From: Eledone cirrhosa
Lineage: Eukaryota
Reading direction: 5' to 3'
Assembly: GCA_964016885.1 (NCBI GenBank)
Contig: OZ024745.1
Location: forward strand, 19,158,001-19,222,000
Length of the DNA: 64,000 bases
In this document: piece after piece, positions 12,510-25,129 of the stretch
Position numbering within the stretch: the first letter of the stretch is position 1
Layout of the letters: the number at the start of each line of letters is the position of its first letter
Translations under genes and position numbers: made by a program
Notes under the pieces: generated by a model
The model's database searches: none
The model's input: only the letters and a program-made list of their open reading frames with translations
What the model was told of the DNA's origin: nothing

Positions 12510-12870
12510 TTGATAATAAATAATAATAATAATAATAATAATGAAATTATTGTGTACAGTGCTCAGGTGCACTACAACTCATCAAAGGTACATGTATAGT
12601 ACATAGAATAATGTACAAATATCAGGAAAATGAACAGTGTATAAGTCATGATATACATGTGTACGTGTGTATGGAGGGGGATATCAGGTGTAGTGTTAGC
12701 AAATCTCAGGAAGCATGGAGGTTTTAAAGGATGCAGGGACCCGACAACTAACAACTGATGCAGGTAGTTTGTTCCTTGCTTCAGCAACTCTGAGTGTGAA
12801 AAAATGTTTCCGAAAATCATGGGAGCTGTGCTGTTTTCTGACTTTGTAGACATGCCCATGTCTGTTAGAA
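12510..12870 (-). mobile_element. 3' fragment of the same CR1/L2-group LINE with (TAA)n tail
   Basis: Close match to 8862-9205 (tattgtgtacagtgct...ggtgcactacaactcatcaaa). Confidence 0.88.
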
Positions 12871-13194
12871 TCAGTAGATTATCAGAATTGGTAGAACGTT
12901 GATAATATATGTGTATTTCTATCAACTTCGCTCAAAGCGTCAAACTGACATCACTTAATAGGCATCATTCAAAATGCACATAATTTTAACTTCACTCAAA
13001 ATGACTTTGCTCAAATGACTGAACATGATATATAAGTGTGTGTGTGTGTATATATATTTTTCTTTTTTTAATTTAATTACATAATAAACAATGCAATATA
13101 ATTATTTCATTACTGAAGGTTTCAAGAAACTAAATGATTCTTGCAGAAACATCTAACTCATTCGTCAGACAAAAAATTATATATATATATATAT

Positions 13195-13362
13195 CTGTAA
13201 ATGAGGTTGGTGTTAGGAAGGGCATCCAGCTGTAGAAATCAAGCTAAAATCAGTTCCCGTATGAGCAAGACAAGGTCATCCTACCTGGCTTTGCCCACAA
13301 CAGGACAACCTGTCTAACCCATGCTAGCGTGGAAGAATGGACGTAAAACAGTGATGATGATT
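13195..13362 (+). mobile_element. RTE 3' UTR fragment with (GAT)n tail
   Basis: ggttggtgttaggaagggcatccagctgtagaa...ctaacccatgctagcgtggaagaa matches 16770-16913. Confidence 0.8.
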
Positions 13363-13479
13363 ATATATATATATACACGAGGTGGGTTCTAATACAGTCA
13401 CTCATTGATCAGATGATCTCTCCAAGTGACATTCAAAGCAATACTTAGCAGGCAAGTGTAGGCTCCATGTAATCTTCTT

Positions 13480-14306
13480 TCCAGTTTGGAGCTAAGGGGT
13501 CCACGCTGAGCAGCCATATAATAGAACAGAGGTAACAGTTTCTTGAAAGAGACTCCTTTTCATGTTGTCTGGACATCTAGATTTCCACACTAGAGATTTG
13601 TGAGGACATAAGCTACAATCCCTCTGATCTGCTGAATATGATGAACAATAGATTGGCTGCTGACAGAGAGTCAAAAGAATCCATGCAAGCAGTGAAACAT
13701 GTTGATTGATTGATTGATAAAATCATGAAATTATGCTAACTAGAGGCATAATATGTATGAGTTTAACCCATTAGCATTTAAACCTACCATATCCAGCCAG
13801 AATTTTCTCACCTCTTTCTGTTCAAATCGGTCATAACCAGCCACTCATACTGATGTTAAGGTATTGTTCTCAAATTAAATAATATCAAAATCTCGTCGAT
13901 TCAATATTATGTGAAATAATTGAGAGATAAAGCCTTTATTGTGAAAATACAATAGTAAATATAGAGACTCTCTGATCTTTGGGCTCTATTATTATAAACA
14001 GAGTGTCACTCCAGGTAGGACCACTGCTTCTTTAAGTTGAGAGATCACAGCTTTGATATTATGAGTATGTGGTTAGAATGGCTCAGGAAAGAATCACTGG
14101 ACAGATTTTATGAGAAAATCCAACAGGTAGGAGACCCAGGGGTAGACCCCGAGCAAGATGGTTGGATAATATCCATGAGCTTGGCTGGTCTTGCTTGGGG
14201 ATCCAGCCGGATCAGTTGGAGACAGTTGCTCTGACAGAACCCGCTGGATAGAGTGTTTGAAGACTGTGCCCCTCCGTCTCAGAAATAAGTGGGTGAAGAA
14301 GAAGAA
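13480..14306. mobile_element. Two old RTE-like C-terminal fragments (about 13480-13620 minus, about 14000-14306 plus)
   Basis: SVLLYGCSAWT (minus) and RPRGRPRARWLDNI (plus) followed by (GAA)n. Confidence 0.55.
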
Positions 14307-14537
14307 AATATATATATAAATGCTAAAAGGTTAAGTTACAGTAGAACTGTGGGTATATTGATATGATAGTTGAGATATCAATAGTGTTTTATCATGTCAC
14401 TGCTGCTACATTCGGATGTTTCTAATGAGCTACATTTTCAATAAGCCCACAAATGTGCTGTTTCCTCTCCCTGTGTCATTTACCAAAACTAACACCTTTA
14501 AAACAATTTCTTAAGTTTCAATAATTCCTATTTGCAG

Positions 14538-14658
14538 AAAGGTTTGGTTATTCCATACACATTCCAAGTATATGAAGATGTAAAACCCCCTTTCTATATT
14601 GGAAGTATTCTTGCTAAAGATAGAGATGAGAACGCAAAGGTTTATTACAACATTCTGT
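14538..14658 (+). CDS. Cadherin exon H
   Basis: tttgcag| and |gtaagt; KGLVIPYTFQVYEDVKPPFYIGSILAKDRDENAKVYYNIL; phase 0 to 1. Confidence 0.92.
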
Positions 14659-14939
14659 GTAAGTAAATTTTCTTATATTATTTTGCTGGTTTCAGTCACT
14701 AGGCTGTGGCCATGCTGGGGCATCACCTTCAGCATGAGTTTTTAGCAATATTAATCAGATTAGTAAAAGTACCAGTCTATTACTGAGGTGAATTCTTCCT
14801 CTGTATCTCTTTCTCACTTCCATTCTCTCAATTTCTATCCTTTTCTGTATATATATATTCATATATATCCCAAAGTATAACAATATCGGTTTCAACACAC
14901 GATTTCAGATAAAGAATATTGCTAAACAAATTCAGAAAC

Positions 14940-15330
14940 GAAATATATATATATACTTATATGTATATATATATATATTTATTTGTATATTTATATATGT
15001 ATATATATATATTTATTTGTATATTTATATTTATATATATTTATATATGTATATATATATTTATTTGTATATTTATATTTATATATATTTATATATGTAT
15101 ATATATATATTTATTTGTATATTTATATTTATATATATTTATATATGTATATATATATTTATTTGTATATTTATATGTATATATATTTATATATGTATAT
15201 ATATATTTATTTGTATATTTATATGTATATATATCTATATGTGTATATATATATATGTGTGTATATATTTATATATATGCATTTATATATATATATCCAC
15301 GGGTTTTTATATATATATTTATATATATAA
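14940..15330. repeat. AT-rich compound minisatellite (tatttatttgtatatttata...)
   Basis: Repeating ~46-bp TA-rich unit. Confidence 0.85.
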
Positions 15331-16913
15331 ACTAGATGAGATGCAATTTGGGTTTGTTCCAGGAAGAGGCACCACTGATGCTCTTTTCCTTGTGAGGCAG
15401 TTACAGGAAAAGTACCTAGCTAAAAGTAAGCCGCTCTACCTGGCATTCGTCAATCTCAAGAAAGCCTTTGACAGAGTTCCCCGTGCTATAATTTGGTGGG
15501 CTCTTAGAAAACTAGAAGTAGATGAATGGCTTGTGAAAGCTGTACAAGCCATGTATAAAGGAGCAGTCAGCAAAGTTAGGATTAGCAATGACTATAGCGA
15601 GGAATTAAGCATACAGGTCGATCTCCACCAGGGCTCTGTTCTTAGCCCTCTCCTGTTCATAGTCCTGCAGGCAATAACGGAGGAGTTTAAGACCGGATGC
15701 CCATGGGAACTCCTGTATGCAAATGACCTCACACTTATAGCTGAATCTATAGTAGAACTAGAGAAAAAATTCCAAACTTGTAAGCAGGGACTAGAAAGAA
15801 AGGGTCTCAAAGTCAACATGACAAAGACTAAGGTCTTTGTAGGTAGATGAGAAAACAGAACTCAGATCCCCGCAGGGAAATGGCCTTGCTCAGTATGTAG
15901 GAAAGGTGTAGGTAGGAACTCCATTCTCTGCCCCTTATGCAAACAATGGGTACACAAGAGATGTAGCGGGATCTGAGGAAGCTTAACTAAGAATGTAGGC
16001 TTCACATGTAGCAGCTATGCTGGGACAGCCAGCAGCAAACAGTCACAGGAAACAAGTACCACCAAACTCTGGGAGGGCTCTGTAGAAACAGTAGACAACT
16101 TCTGCTACCTAGGTGACTGAATTAGCAGTGGAGGTGGGTGTTCGGAAAGTACAATAACTAGGGTAAGAACGGGATGGAAGAAGTTCAGGGAGCTACTACC
16201 ACTGCTAGCTGCAAAAGGCTTTGCCCTCAAAATGAAAGGCAGACTGTATGATGGGTGTATACAAACAGCAATGTTACATGGTAGTGAGACCTGGGAGCTG
16301 TTTGTGAAAGACTTGGGTAGATTAGAAAGAAACGAAGCCTGCATGCTCTGATGGATGTGTAATAGTAATATACGCGAACAGCAAAGCATAAATGAATTGA
16401 GAGAGAGAGACTGAGCATAAGATAAATCAAATGCTGTGTGCAGGAGAGGCAGTTGCATTGATATGGACATGTGATGCGTATGAAGGATGACAGCTGCATA
16501 AAAAGGTGCAGAGCACTAGAAGTCGATGGAAACCACGGAGTGGGGAGACCCAAGAAGACCTGGGATGAGGTGATAAAAGCCGACCTTACCCAAATACACC
16601 TCTCAAAGGCGATGACACACGGCCGTGACCTCTGTCATCACGCAGTAATACAGAAGACCCAACCTCTCATGAGTACAAGCTCAAGCTGAAGCATATAGAC
16701 AATAAGCCCCACACCCTCCCACTGTAAAGTGGACGTGTAGGCGCCACGGAAAAAACACCCAGCACTCACTGTAAATGAGGTTGGTGTTAGGAAGGGGAGA
16801 ATCAGTTCCCGTATGAGCAAGGCATGGTCAGCCAACCGGACACTGCCCACAACAGGACAACCCGTCTAACCCATGCTAGCGTGGAAGAACGGACGTAAAA
16901 CGGTGATGATGAT
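15331..16913 (+). mobile_element. 5'-truncated RTE-clade LINE with PHD-like finger, 3' UTR and (GAT)n tail; decayed
   Basis: [62 protein letters not shown]; stops and frameshifts present. Confidence 0.93.
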
Positions 16914-16960
16914 GAATCATTATTGAACCCTCTTCGGATTTTAGTTTTCATATTTATTAT

Positions 16961-17024
<64 letters not shown>

Positions 17025-17132
17025 ATAATATAATATACATATAACATATATTTTAATAACATATATATATATATCATCATCATTTTACATCCGCTTTTCC
17101 CTGCTTGCATATATATATATATATATATATTA

Positions 17133-17312
17133 ATAATTGTTTCTACTTTAGGCACAAGGCCAGCAATTACCCAGTGCATTACTGGTACTTTATTTTATCG
17201 ACCCCGTAAGGATGAAAGGCAAAGTCAACCTCGGCGGGATTTGAACTCAGATCGTAAAGGGACGTAACTATGCTGGAAAGCATGGTGTCCGACCCTCTAC
17301 CGATACTGCCAA
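17133..17312 (-). mobile_element. tRNA-derived SINE (family A)
   Basis: Near-identical reverse complement of 27817-28003. Confidence 0.88.
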
Positions 17313-17335
17313 TAATGTAATATATATATATATAT

Positions 17336-17466
17336 CAGGGGCGAAGGGTGCGTGCATGCAACGCATGCAGTGCATGCGTTATAGAATCTTGAGTTGATCA
17401 ATTGCGTCGGTTGAAGCAAGCAGAAGTTTGGCTGCTTACTAAAATGTATAGACACATAAAAAGCTA

Positions 17467-17499
<33 letters not shown>

Positions 17500-17770
17500 A
17501 ACACACACACACAAACACATACACACAAACACATACACACACACACACACACACGGCAGCGTTGGAGCAAGCAGAATTTTGACTGCTTACTAAATCGTAG
17601 ACACATAAAAAGATAACACACACACACACACTAGATAACACTACATGCGGCTTTGACCGGGAGGGTCATTTAGAGAGAATTGGGGGGCGGGGAGTAAGGC
17701 TGCACAGCCCCACTTTCCGCCATGGCGATTGGACTGCATGCCCTGCTTTCCAGGTTACCCTTCGCCACTG
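17336..17770. mobile_element. hAT-like MITE with 14-bp TIRs, inserted in (TA)n
   Basis: caggggcgaagggt ... acccttcgccactg; atatatat on both flanks; internal duplication and (CA)n. Confidence 0.7.
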
Positions 17771-17830
17771 ATATATATATATATATATATATTAATAATA
17801 TAATATAATTATATATATTAGTAATATAAT

Positions 17831-18135
17831 ATCATCATCATCATCATCATCAACGTTTAACGTCCGTGTTCCACGCTTGCATGGGTTTGGACGGGGGTAT
17901 TCCCACTTAAGGCAAGAGTGATTGTCTTGCTCGCATAGGACTGTCTGGCGTGTTTTCTACAGCTGGATGCCCTTCCTAACACCAACCACATTTACAGTGT
18001 GGGTCTGGGAGGTTTTTACCGTGTTGCCTACATGGCCACATTACAGCGTGGACTGTGTGTTTTTTGTCGTGACACCTACACGATCTCATTTGTTTCGGCC
18101 TGGATGGCGTGGCACCGACATAACTTTACATAGAA
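17831..18135 (-). mobile_element. RTE 3' UTR fragment (SINE-like)
   Basis: (CAT)n tail, ggatgcccttcctaacaccaacc, then 2-3 copies of the satellite-type unit. Confidence 0.85.
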
Positions 18136-18177
18136 GGGGGTGGTGTGGATGGGGGGGGGGTATAATATATATATATT

Positions 18178-18358
18178 AATAATTGTTTCTACTTTTGGCA
18201 CAAGGCCAGCAGTTACCCAGTACATTACTGGTACTTTATTTTATCGACCCCGTAAAGATGAAAAGCAAAGTTAACCTCGGCGGGATTTGAACTCGGTCCA
18301 TAAAGGGACGTAACTGGGCTGCAAAGCATGGTGTTATACCCTCTACCGATACTGCCAA
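18178..18358 (-). mobile_element. tRNA-derived SINE (family A)
   Basis: Reverse complement of the family A consensus. Confidence 0.85.
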
Positions 18359-18519
18359 TAATATATATATATAAATAATATAATGTATCATCATCATCAT
18401 CATCATCATTTATATATGTATATATATATATTAATAATATAATATATATATATTAATAATATAATATATATAACATATATATATAGTAATAATATAATAT
18501 ATAGAGAGAGAGAGTAATA

Positions 18520-19355
18520 TATCATCATAGTTTAATGTCTATCTTCCACGTTAGCATGGGGGAGATGGGAGTTGTCCCACTTGAGGCAAGATTGGTCGGG
18601 TGACCGTGTCTCGCTCGTATAGGACTATCTAGCAGGTTTTCTATGGCTGGATGCCCTTCGTAACACCAACCACATTTACAGTGTGGACTGGGAGCTTTTT
18701 TCCGTGTTACCTACACGACCACATTACAGCGTGGACTGTGATTTTTGTTGTGACACCTACACAACCTCATTAGTTTGAACTGGATGTTGTGGTACCAACA
18801 TAACTTTATAGAGAAAGGGTGGTGTTGGCGGGAGTGGGAGAATGTAGTAGAGTAGTGAGTTGGGTGTATGTTTGGTTTAGAGGGGCCTACTGACTGTAGG
18901 TTAACTTTGCACATAGGGAAGGCGGGTCTTCTGTATTACAGCATGGCACCAGAGATCTCAATCCAGTGACATTGTGTTAGAGAGGTGCAAGTGTGCAAGG
19001 TCGGAATTTATCATGTTGTCCCAGGTTTTTCTGGGTCTAACTGCTCCGCAACTTCCATCAATTTTGATCGCCCTGCACTTTTTTATACAGCTGTTGTCTT
19101 TCATGCGCATCACGTGACCATACCAATGTAATCTTCTCTCAAATAAACAGCATCTGATCCATCTTATTCCTAATTTCTCACTTAGTTCATTTATGTTTTG
19201 CCATTTGTGTATATTACTATTACACATCCAACGGAGCATGCATGCTTCGTTCTTCTCCAGTCTGCGCAGGTCCTCTGCACACAATACCCATGTCTCACTG
19301 CCATATAGCATTGCTGTTTGTATACAAGCATCATACAATCTGCCTTTCATTTTTA
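18520..19355 (-). mobile_element. RTE LINE 3' end (ORF C-terminus plus 3' UTR)
   Basis: MKGRLYDACIQTAMLYGSETW...RRLHWYGHVMR...RPRKTW; homologous to 16230-16913. Confidence 0.9.
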
Positions 19356-19397
19356 GAGAGAAATAGTAATAATATATATATATATATTTAGTAATAG

Positions 19398-19433
<36 letters not shown>

Positions 19434-19459
19434 GTAATAATATGTATATATATATATAT

Positions 19460-20020
19460 AGTAATAATAATAAATTTGAAGACTAAAATCCAAAGAGGGC
19501 TCGATAAGGATAAATATATATCAAATATATAAGAAATGTAGAGAAAATATTTATTAAAATAACAGATTAAAGTTTAAGCAAAGAATCGCTTAACGGGATC
19601 TTCTGAAACTAACAAAGTCAATCTGAAAACGCAGAAGTGAATATTTCAAAAAACGTTGCAACCGGAGGAAGACGGGAAGACGATACTTTGGTTCGTGGAA
19701 ACGTTCCCTGGCAAAGAACGGGAAAAAACGAATATAATACGTCATTAATAGGAGCAGTGAAAAACAATTACACGCAAAGACAAAACCACGTTTATGGTAT
19801 AAAAGAAGTCGTAGACTAATATTCTCTTAGGTGGTTCATAGAGACGTTCTCTGGCAATGAACGGAAAAAACGAAGATAATACGTCATATGTGGAGCGTGG
19901 AGAACAATTGCACGCAAAGACAAAACCACATAAATGGTATAGCTGAAGTCGTAGACTAAAATTCTAACTAGGAAACCGAATGAATCTCCGCTTCAGAGTT
20001 AAGAATAAAGTAAATAAAAT
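19460..20020. mobile_element. Unclassified repeat related to 6640-6912, with an internal ~140-bp duplication
   Basis: Shares gcaaccggaggaagacgggaagacgatactttggttcgtggaaacg; caaagacaaaaccac...gtcgtagactaa occurs twice. Confidence 0.6.
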
Positions 20021-20399
20021 ACAGAGGTAAATGAAATTAAATAAATACATACACGCATCCATATACGTACATACACAAGCATACGCGGAAACACTCGCCA
20101 TAGGTATACAAATACACGCACATATAAATAAGTGTGTGTGTGTGTGTGCGTGTATACAAATAATTAAATAAATGTATATAAATAAATAAATATGTATATA
20201 ACAAGCGCACACACATACCTACATGTAAATACACAAATGTTCGGAGACCAACGTCAACCAAAACACGAAGTACACATATACACACACCCTACATACATAC
20301 AAACCCGCGTACTCACACAGACGCAAAACTCACGTATACACATAACCAAAAGCATATGTATAGTAATAATATATATATGTATTGCTTTTTGTTTTTCAG

Positions 20400-20663
20400 C
20401 TGGAAATTCTGATAATATGTTCAGTTTGAATCTAGATACTGGAGCTTTATACCTGCAAAAACCAGTTGACCGGGAAAATACCAGTTCTTTCTCGTTGAAT
20501 ATAGAGGCAACGGACAGTCGTATTAACTATGACCTTTTAACCCCAAATCATATAAGGAGATTGGAGAGAAAGTGGGCTGATCTGAGTATTGCACATGTTG
20601 ATATAAATATTGCTGATGTGAATGATGAAATACCAAAGTTTACTCAATCGGAGTATTATGGAT
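20400..20663 (+). CDS. Cadherin exon I
   Basis: tttttcag| and |gtaagt; (S)GNSDNMFSLNLDTGALYLQKPVDRENTSSFSLNIEATD...IADVNDEIPKFTQSEYYG; phase 1 to 1. Confidence 0.94.
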
Positions 20664-20719
20664 GTAAGTACCAGTTATATACAACCTATGATGGTCATAT
20701 ACCAACTTATAACAATGAT

Positions 20720-21510
20720 ATACTAGAAATATAACAGCTTATGACAGTGATATACCAGTATTGGTAATGTAGTGATAATATATTAAATTATGACATTAAT
20801 ATATCAGAAATATACCAGCTTATGACAAGAGTATACCAGCTTATGACAAGAGTATGCCAGCTCATGACAAGAGTATACCAGCTCATGACAAGAGTATACC
20901 AGCTTATGACAAGAGTATACCAGCTTATGACAATAGTTTACCAGCTTATGACAATAGTTTACCAGCTTATGACAATAGTTTACCAGCTTATGACAATAGT
21001 TTACCAGCTTATGACAATAGTATACTAGCTTATGACAATAGTTTACCAGCTTATGGCAATAGTTTACCAGCTTATGACAATAGTTTACCAGCTTATGATA
21101 ATTGTTTACCAGCTTATGACAATTGTTTACCAGCTTATGACAATTGTTTACCAGCTTATGATAATAGTTTACCAGCTTATGGCAATAGTTTACTAGCTTA
21201 TGACAATTGTTTACCAGCTTATGATAATAGTTTACCAGCTTATGAAAATTGTTTACCAGCTTATGATAATAGTTTACCAGCTTATGACAATTGTTTACCA
21301 GCTTATGACAATAGTATACTAGCTTATGACAATAGTTTACCAGCTTATGACAATAGTTTACCAGCTTATGACAATAGTATACTAGCTTATGACAATAGTA
21401 TACTAGCTTATGACAATAGTATACTAGCTTATGACAATAGTATACTAGCTTATGACAATAGTTTACCAGCTTATGGCATTAGTTTACCAGCTTATGACAA
21501 TTGTTTACCA
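20720..21510. repeat. 21-bp minisatellite (tttaccagcttatgacaatag), about 35 copies
   Basis: Direct reading; explains the (DNSLPAY)n ORF. Confidence 0.95.
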
Positions 21511-21913
21511 TGAAGCTTGTCACCAGGCCCACAAGATTAAACTCTGTTTTAGCAGGGAACATAATCTTAAAATATACATTGTTGTATTATCTTTGTCTTG
21601 GGCTCACAACATTAACCTTTGTTTTAGCAGGGAATATGACCTTAACCCTTAAGCATTCACATTACTCTATATTTACTATTGCATTTTCACAGAAAAGGCT
21701 TTACCTCACATAATTATCTCACATAATATTGAATCTGTGATTTTGATATTATTTATTTTGAGAACAATACCTATGTCGATGTGAGCAGCCAATTATGACC
21801 TGTTTGAACTGAAAGAGGTGAAAAAACTCTGGCTGGATATGGCCTGTTTAAATGTTAAAGGGTTAAAATGTTCATTGTTCAATTTTTATTTTGTCTATAT
21901 TTACTTGAAACAG

Positions 21914-22185
21914 GTATTTCCACTGCTGATGGCATCATGAAAACCATCGTTACTGTGAAGGCTATTGATGCAGACATAAACTCAAATTCCCTAGAATATA
22001 CTATTGCCAATGTCCAGAAACAAGGAGGTTCAGCTATTAAGGAAAAGATATTAAGCATTGGAAAGAAAACTGGTATAATTCAGAACCAGGAGTTGATGTC
22101 AAAATATAAAGATGATGTGTTCCTCATTGATATCGTAGCTAATGATACCACAGCTAAAGGTGCAACTGATACAGCTAAAGGTCTG
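21914..22185 (+). CDS. Cadherin exon J (last EC repeat)
   Basis: aacag| and |gtaagt; (C)ISTADGIMKTIVTVKAIDADINSNSLEYTI...IGKKTGII...DIVANDT...DTAKGL; phase 1 to 0. Confidence 0.92.
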
Positions 22186-22395
22186 GTAAGTTACTGCTGC
22201 TGTTGCTGATGATCACTTCCCCTCTCCCAAAAATTGTTGACCTTGTGTATAAATCAGAAGCCATCATCATCACCACGACCACTACTATGACTACCACCCC
22301 CACCTTCACCACTACCATCACTGCCCCCCCCCCCACCACCACCACCACCACCGCCGCCACCACCACCATCATCATCAATATGTTTTCTTTTCCAG

Positions 22396-22484
22396 GTGTT
22401 TGTAACAGAGAAAAAACAAGCTGTGAAATTAGTGTTAACTCAACCATCAACCGATGTTCATTATTTTGTACCTCAGATAAAGAA
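22396..22484 (+). CDS. Cadherin exon K (start of membrane-adjacent domain)
   Basis: ttttccag| and |gtaagt; VFVTEKKQAVKLVLTQPSTDVHYFVPQIK; phase 0 to 2, needed to bridge exons J and L. Confidence 0.88.
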
Positions 22485-22799
22485 GTAAGTGTCCACTTGT
22501 TTGTTGTCCTTCTGTCACACTATATTATGACATGCTGGTTGTGACATGGGCTGTCACAACAGGCACAATACAGGCTGTAACAATGTTTGTGATAATGGGT
22601 GTGACAGAGGATATGAAACTGAAAATTAGTGTGACATTGGCTATGACACGAAGTATGCTACTTTGTCACAATTGGTGCAACAGAGGATGTGATACTATGT
22701 GTAACAGTGGGATATGGGCTATGACATGCGGTTTGATACTTTGTCACAATTGGTGTGACATAGGATGTGATACTGTGTGACAATGAGTGTGACATTGAC

Positions 22800-23400
22800 T
22801 ATCATCATCATCGTCATTGTTTTGTCAGTTTTTTCTATACTTGCTTAAGTTGGATTAACTGTTCCAGTGAAGCATTCTTCTACTTGTATCCTTTCATTAT
22901 TTTGTCTGTGAGGTTCAGAAATTAAAGATCAAAGATCAGCTTTCATCACACCTGCCCAGGTGTTTCTTGGTCTTCCTCTTCTGCAGTTTGCTGCCACTGG
23001 TATTTCTTGGAACTTCTTCACTTGTGCATCCCATGTCCATATCAGTGCAATCTTCTCTCTTGCACACTGCATCTGATTCCTCTTATGTTGAGTTTTTCTC
23101 TCAGCTCGTGCTTCATTTTTTATTCACATTAACATTACACATCCAGCCTTCACTTATCTTCTGTATTTACTTCCCATGTCTTACTACCATGCAGCATCAC
23201 ACTTCATACACAGGCATCATATAATCTACTCTTGACTCAGTGAGAAACAGAGTTAATAGCTCTCTAAACTGTTTTTCACTCTACTCTCATTCTGACTACT
23301 ATGCTTTTAGACCAACCGCCTTCTTTGCTAATTAGGTCACTTAGGTAACAGAAGCTATCAACTACTTCTATGGAACTTTCTCTGCCACATACAAGGTGTA
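22800..23400 (-). mobile_element. Strongly decayed RTE 3' fragment
   Basis: Reverse complement gagaagattgcactgatatggacatg and ggaagaccaagaaacacctgg (RRL.WYGH, GRP.KTW); (CAT)n tail at about 22800. Confidence 0.65.
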
Positions 23401-23455
23401 TATTTCCTGATTGTCTGATTCTCTATTTGGATTATTTCTTCTGTTTTCTTTACAG

Positions 23456-23545
23456 ATTACTCTCACAAAAGAGTGACAATAGCTACATATGTGTATCAGA
23501 TATACGTGAACATATTCTACCCAATGGATTAGTGAATCCACATTG
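23456..23545 (+). CDS. Cadherin exon L
   Basis: ttctttacag| and |gtaagt; LLSQKSDNSYICVSDIREHILPNGLVNPH(W); only the phase 2 frame is open, matching its neighbours. Confidence 0.88.
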
Positions 23546-23781
23546 GTAAGTGGCAACACTATTTATTTGTATGGAAGAACATATCCTTCTGCTTTTGTTT
23601 AACTCTGAGCAAGGAGACCTCTGATCAAAAAGGTTTCAATTGGGGTCAACCTGTTTTTCTGAAGACAAAGGAGCACATTGTCAAATATCTACTGTTCTTG
23701 TTTAAACAATGTTAATCCTGATGTTAACTGTCAGGCCTGTATAAACACAGTAACACTGCATCAGCTATATTAGCCCACAGC

Positions 23782-25074
23782 TACAGTTTTGAAACTTTTA
23801 TCAGAGAGACATTTATTCAACTCAGATCAACACAAGACTCTTGTCTTCTTCAAAGTAGGATTCCCCAACTTCAATGCACTTGTTGTGTTGCTCCATCCAC
23901 TTCTGAAAGGCCCTGTTGTAGTCCTCTAAAATGAAGGTGTCCAGAGCACTTCTCACAGCCTCCTTCATCTCCTCCACATCCTCAAAGGAGATACTCCTGA
24001 GCTTCTCCTTCAGCTTCAGGAACATCCAGAAAAGACATGGAACTAAGTCAGGACAGTATGGAGGATTGATTCTCATATCAGTCAAGTAGTTAGTCACCAG
24101 GATGGATTGTGGCAAGGGGTATTGTCCTGGTGCAGGTGCCACTGACCAGACTTGAAGAGTTCTGGTTTCTTGTGATGAATTCTCTTTCTGGGCTGCCTCA
24201 AAACCTCTATATAGTACACTTTGTTAACTGTCCAGCTATGGGGGACCCAGTGGATAGATGATGCCCTTGCTGTCAAATAATAGGATCATCATGAGCTTCC
24301 CAGTAGACCTGCTTTACCTGGGTCTTCGGCAAGTCAAAATGTTTCCACTGGGCACTCTGTCTCTAGGTCTCTGCTGAATCATAACAGTAGACCCAGCTCT
24401 CGTCACAGGTTACCAGAGACTCAAGAGCACTTGGATTCGAAGTGATCCACTCAGCCATCTCCCTGCTGTCATCAATGCACCTCTGCCTTTGATATTCATT
24501 GAGCACCTTCGGAACAAACTTTGCACATGTTCAGATCATCATAAATAACTCTGTGCACAGTGCTCTTAGCCACTTCAGATTGTTTAGCAATCATCAGAAA
24601 AGATGCATGACAGTTCTCGTCCAGAAATTTGTGAATTTTGTCAACCAGCTTTAGCGTCCTGATGTCCCTTTCCTTGCCACACCTTTTGTCATCTCTCACC
24701 TGTTCCCTGCCCTCCTGGAACCTCTTGTGCCAGTGGAAAACAGTCACCCGAGTCATGAAAATTGGTCTGTAAGCAGTTTTTATCATTTCATAGGTTTCTG
24801 CAGCATTTTTGCTGAGCTTGACACAAAATTTTATTCCATATCGACCTTCCAAGTTGTACTCATGTCCTGAGTGCATTGTCGAACAAGTCATCTGTGAGAA
24901 AACATGTATGATGGGTAGTTTTTAAAGTACTGTAGCAGCTCAAACCTTCAACCTAGACAAAGAAAGGTTTGGCATGTTAGCTTATTATAACCATATCAAG
25001 GATGTATTAGAGTGACAGTTACATGGGCCAATTAGAAGTGCCTGAAAAGAAAAAGTCTCAAAGTTTTGAATGTA
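23782..25074 (-). mobile_element. Decayed mariner (Tc1/mariner) transposon, about 1.3 kb
   Basis: HTH RYGIKFCVKL...WHKRFQEGREQVRDD, DESWVYCYD remnant, LHQDNTPCH, PPYCPDLVP (YSPDLAP); degenerate TIRs; frameshifted. Confidence 0.9.
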
Positions 25075-25129
25075 TCTAATATATTAACTCCCTAACAGCC
25101 TTAGCCTAAATGACACTGTCCAGCATTGC

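Noticed and set aside
20822-21513. (DNSLPAY)n heptad ORF resembling a repeat protein
   Set aside because: A 21-bp intronic minisatellite; exons I and J join in phase without it.
23782-25074. Active or domesticated mariner transposase
   Set aside because: Several frameshifts and degenerate motifs and TIRs.
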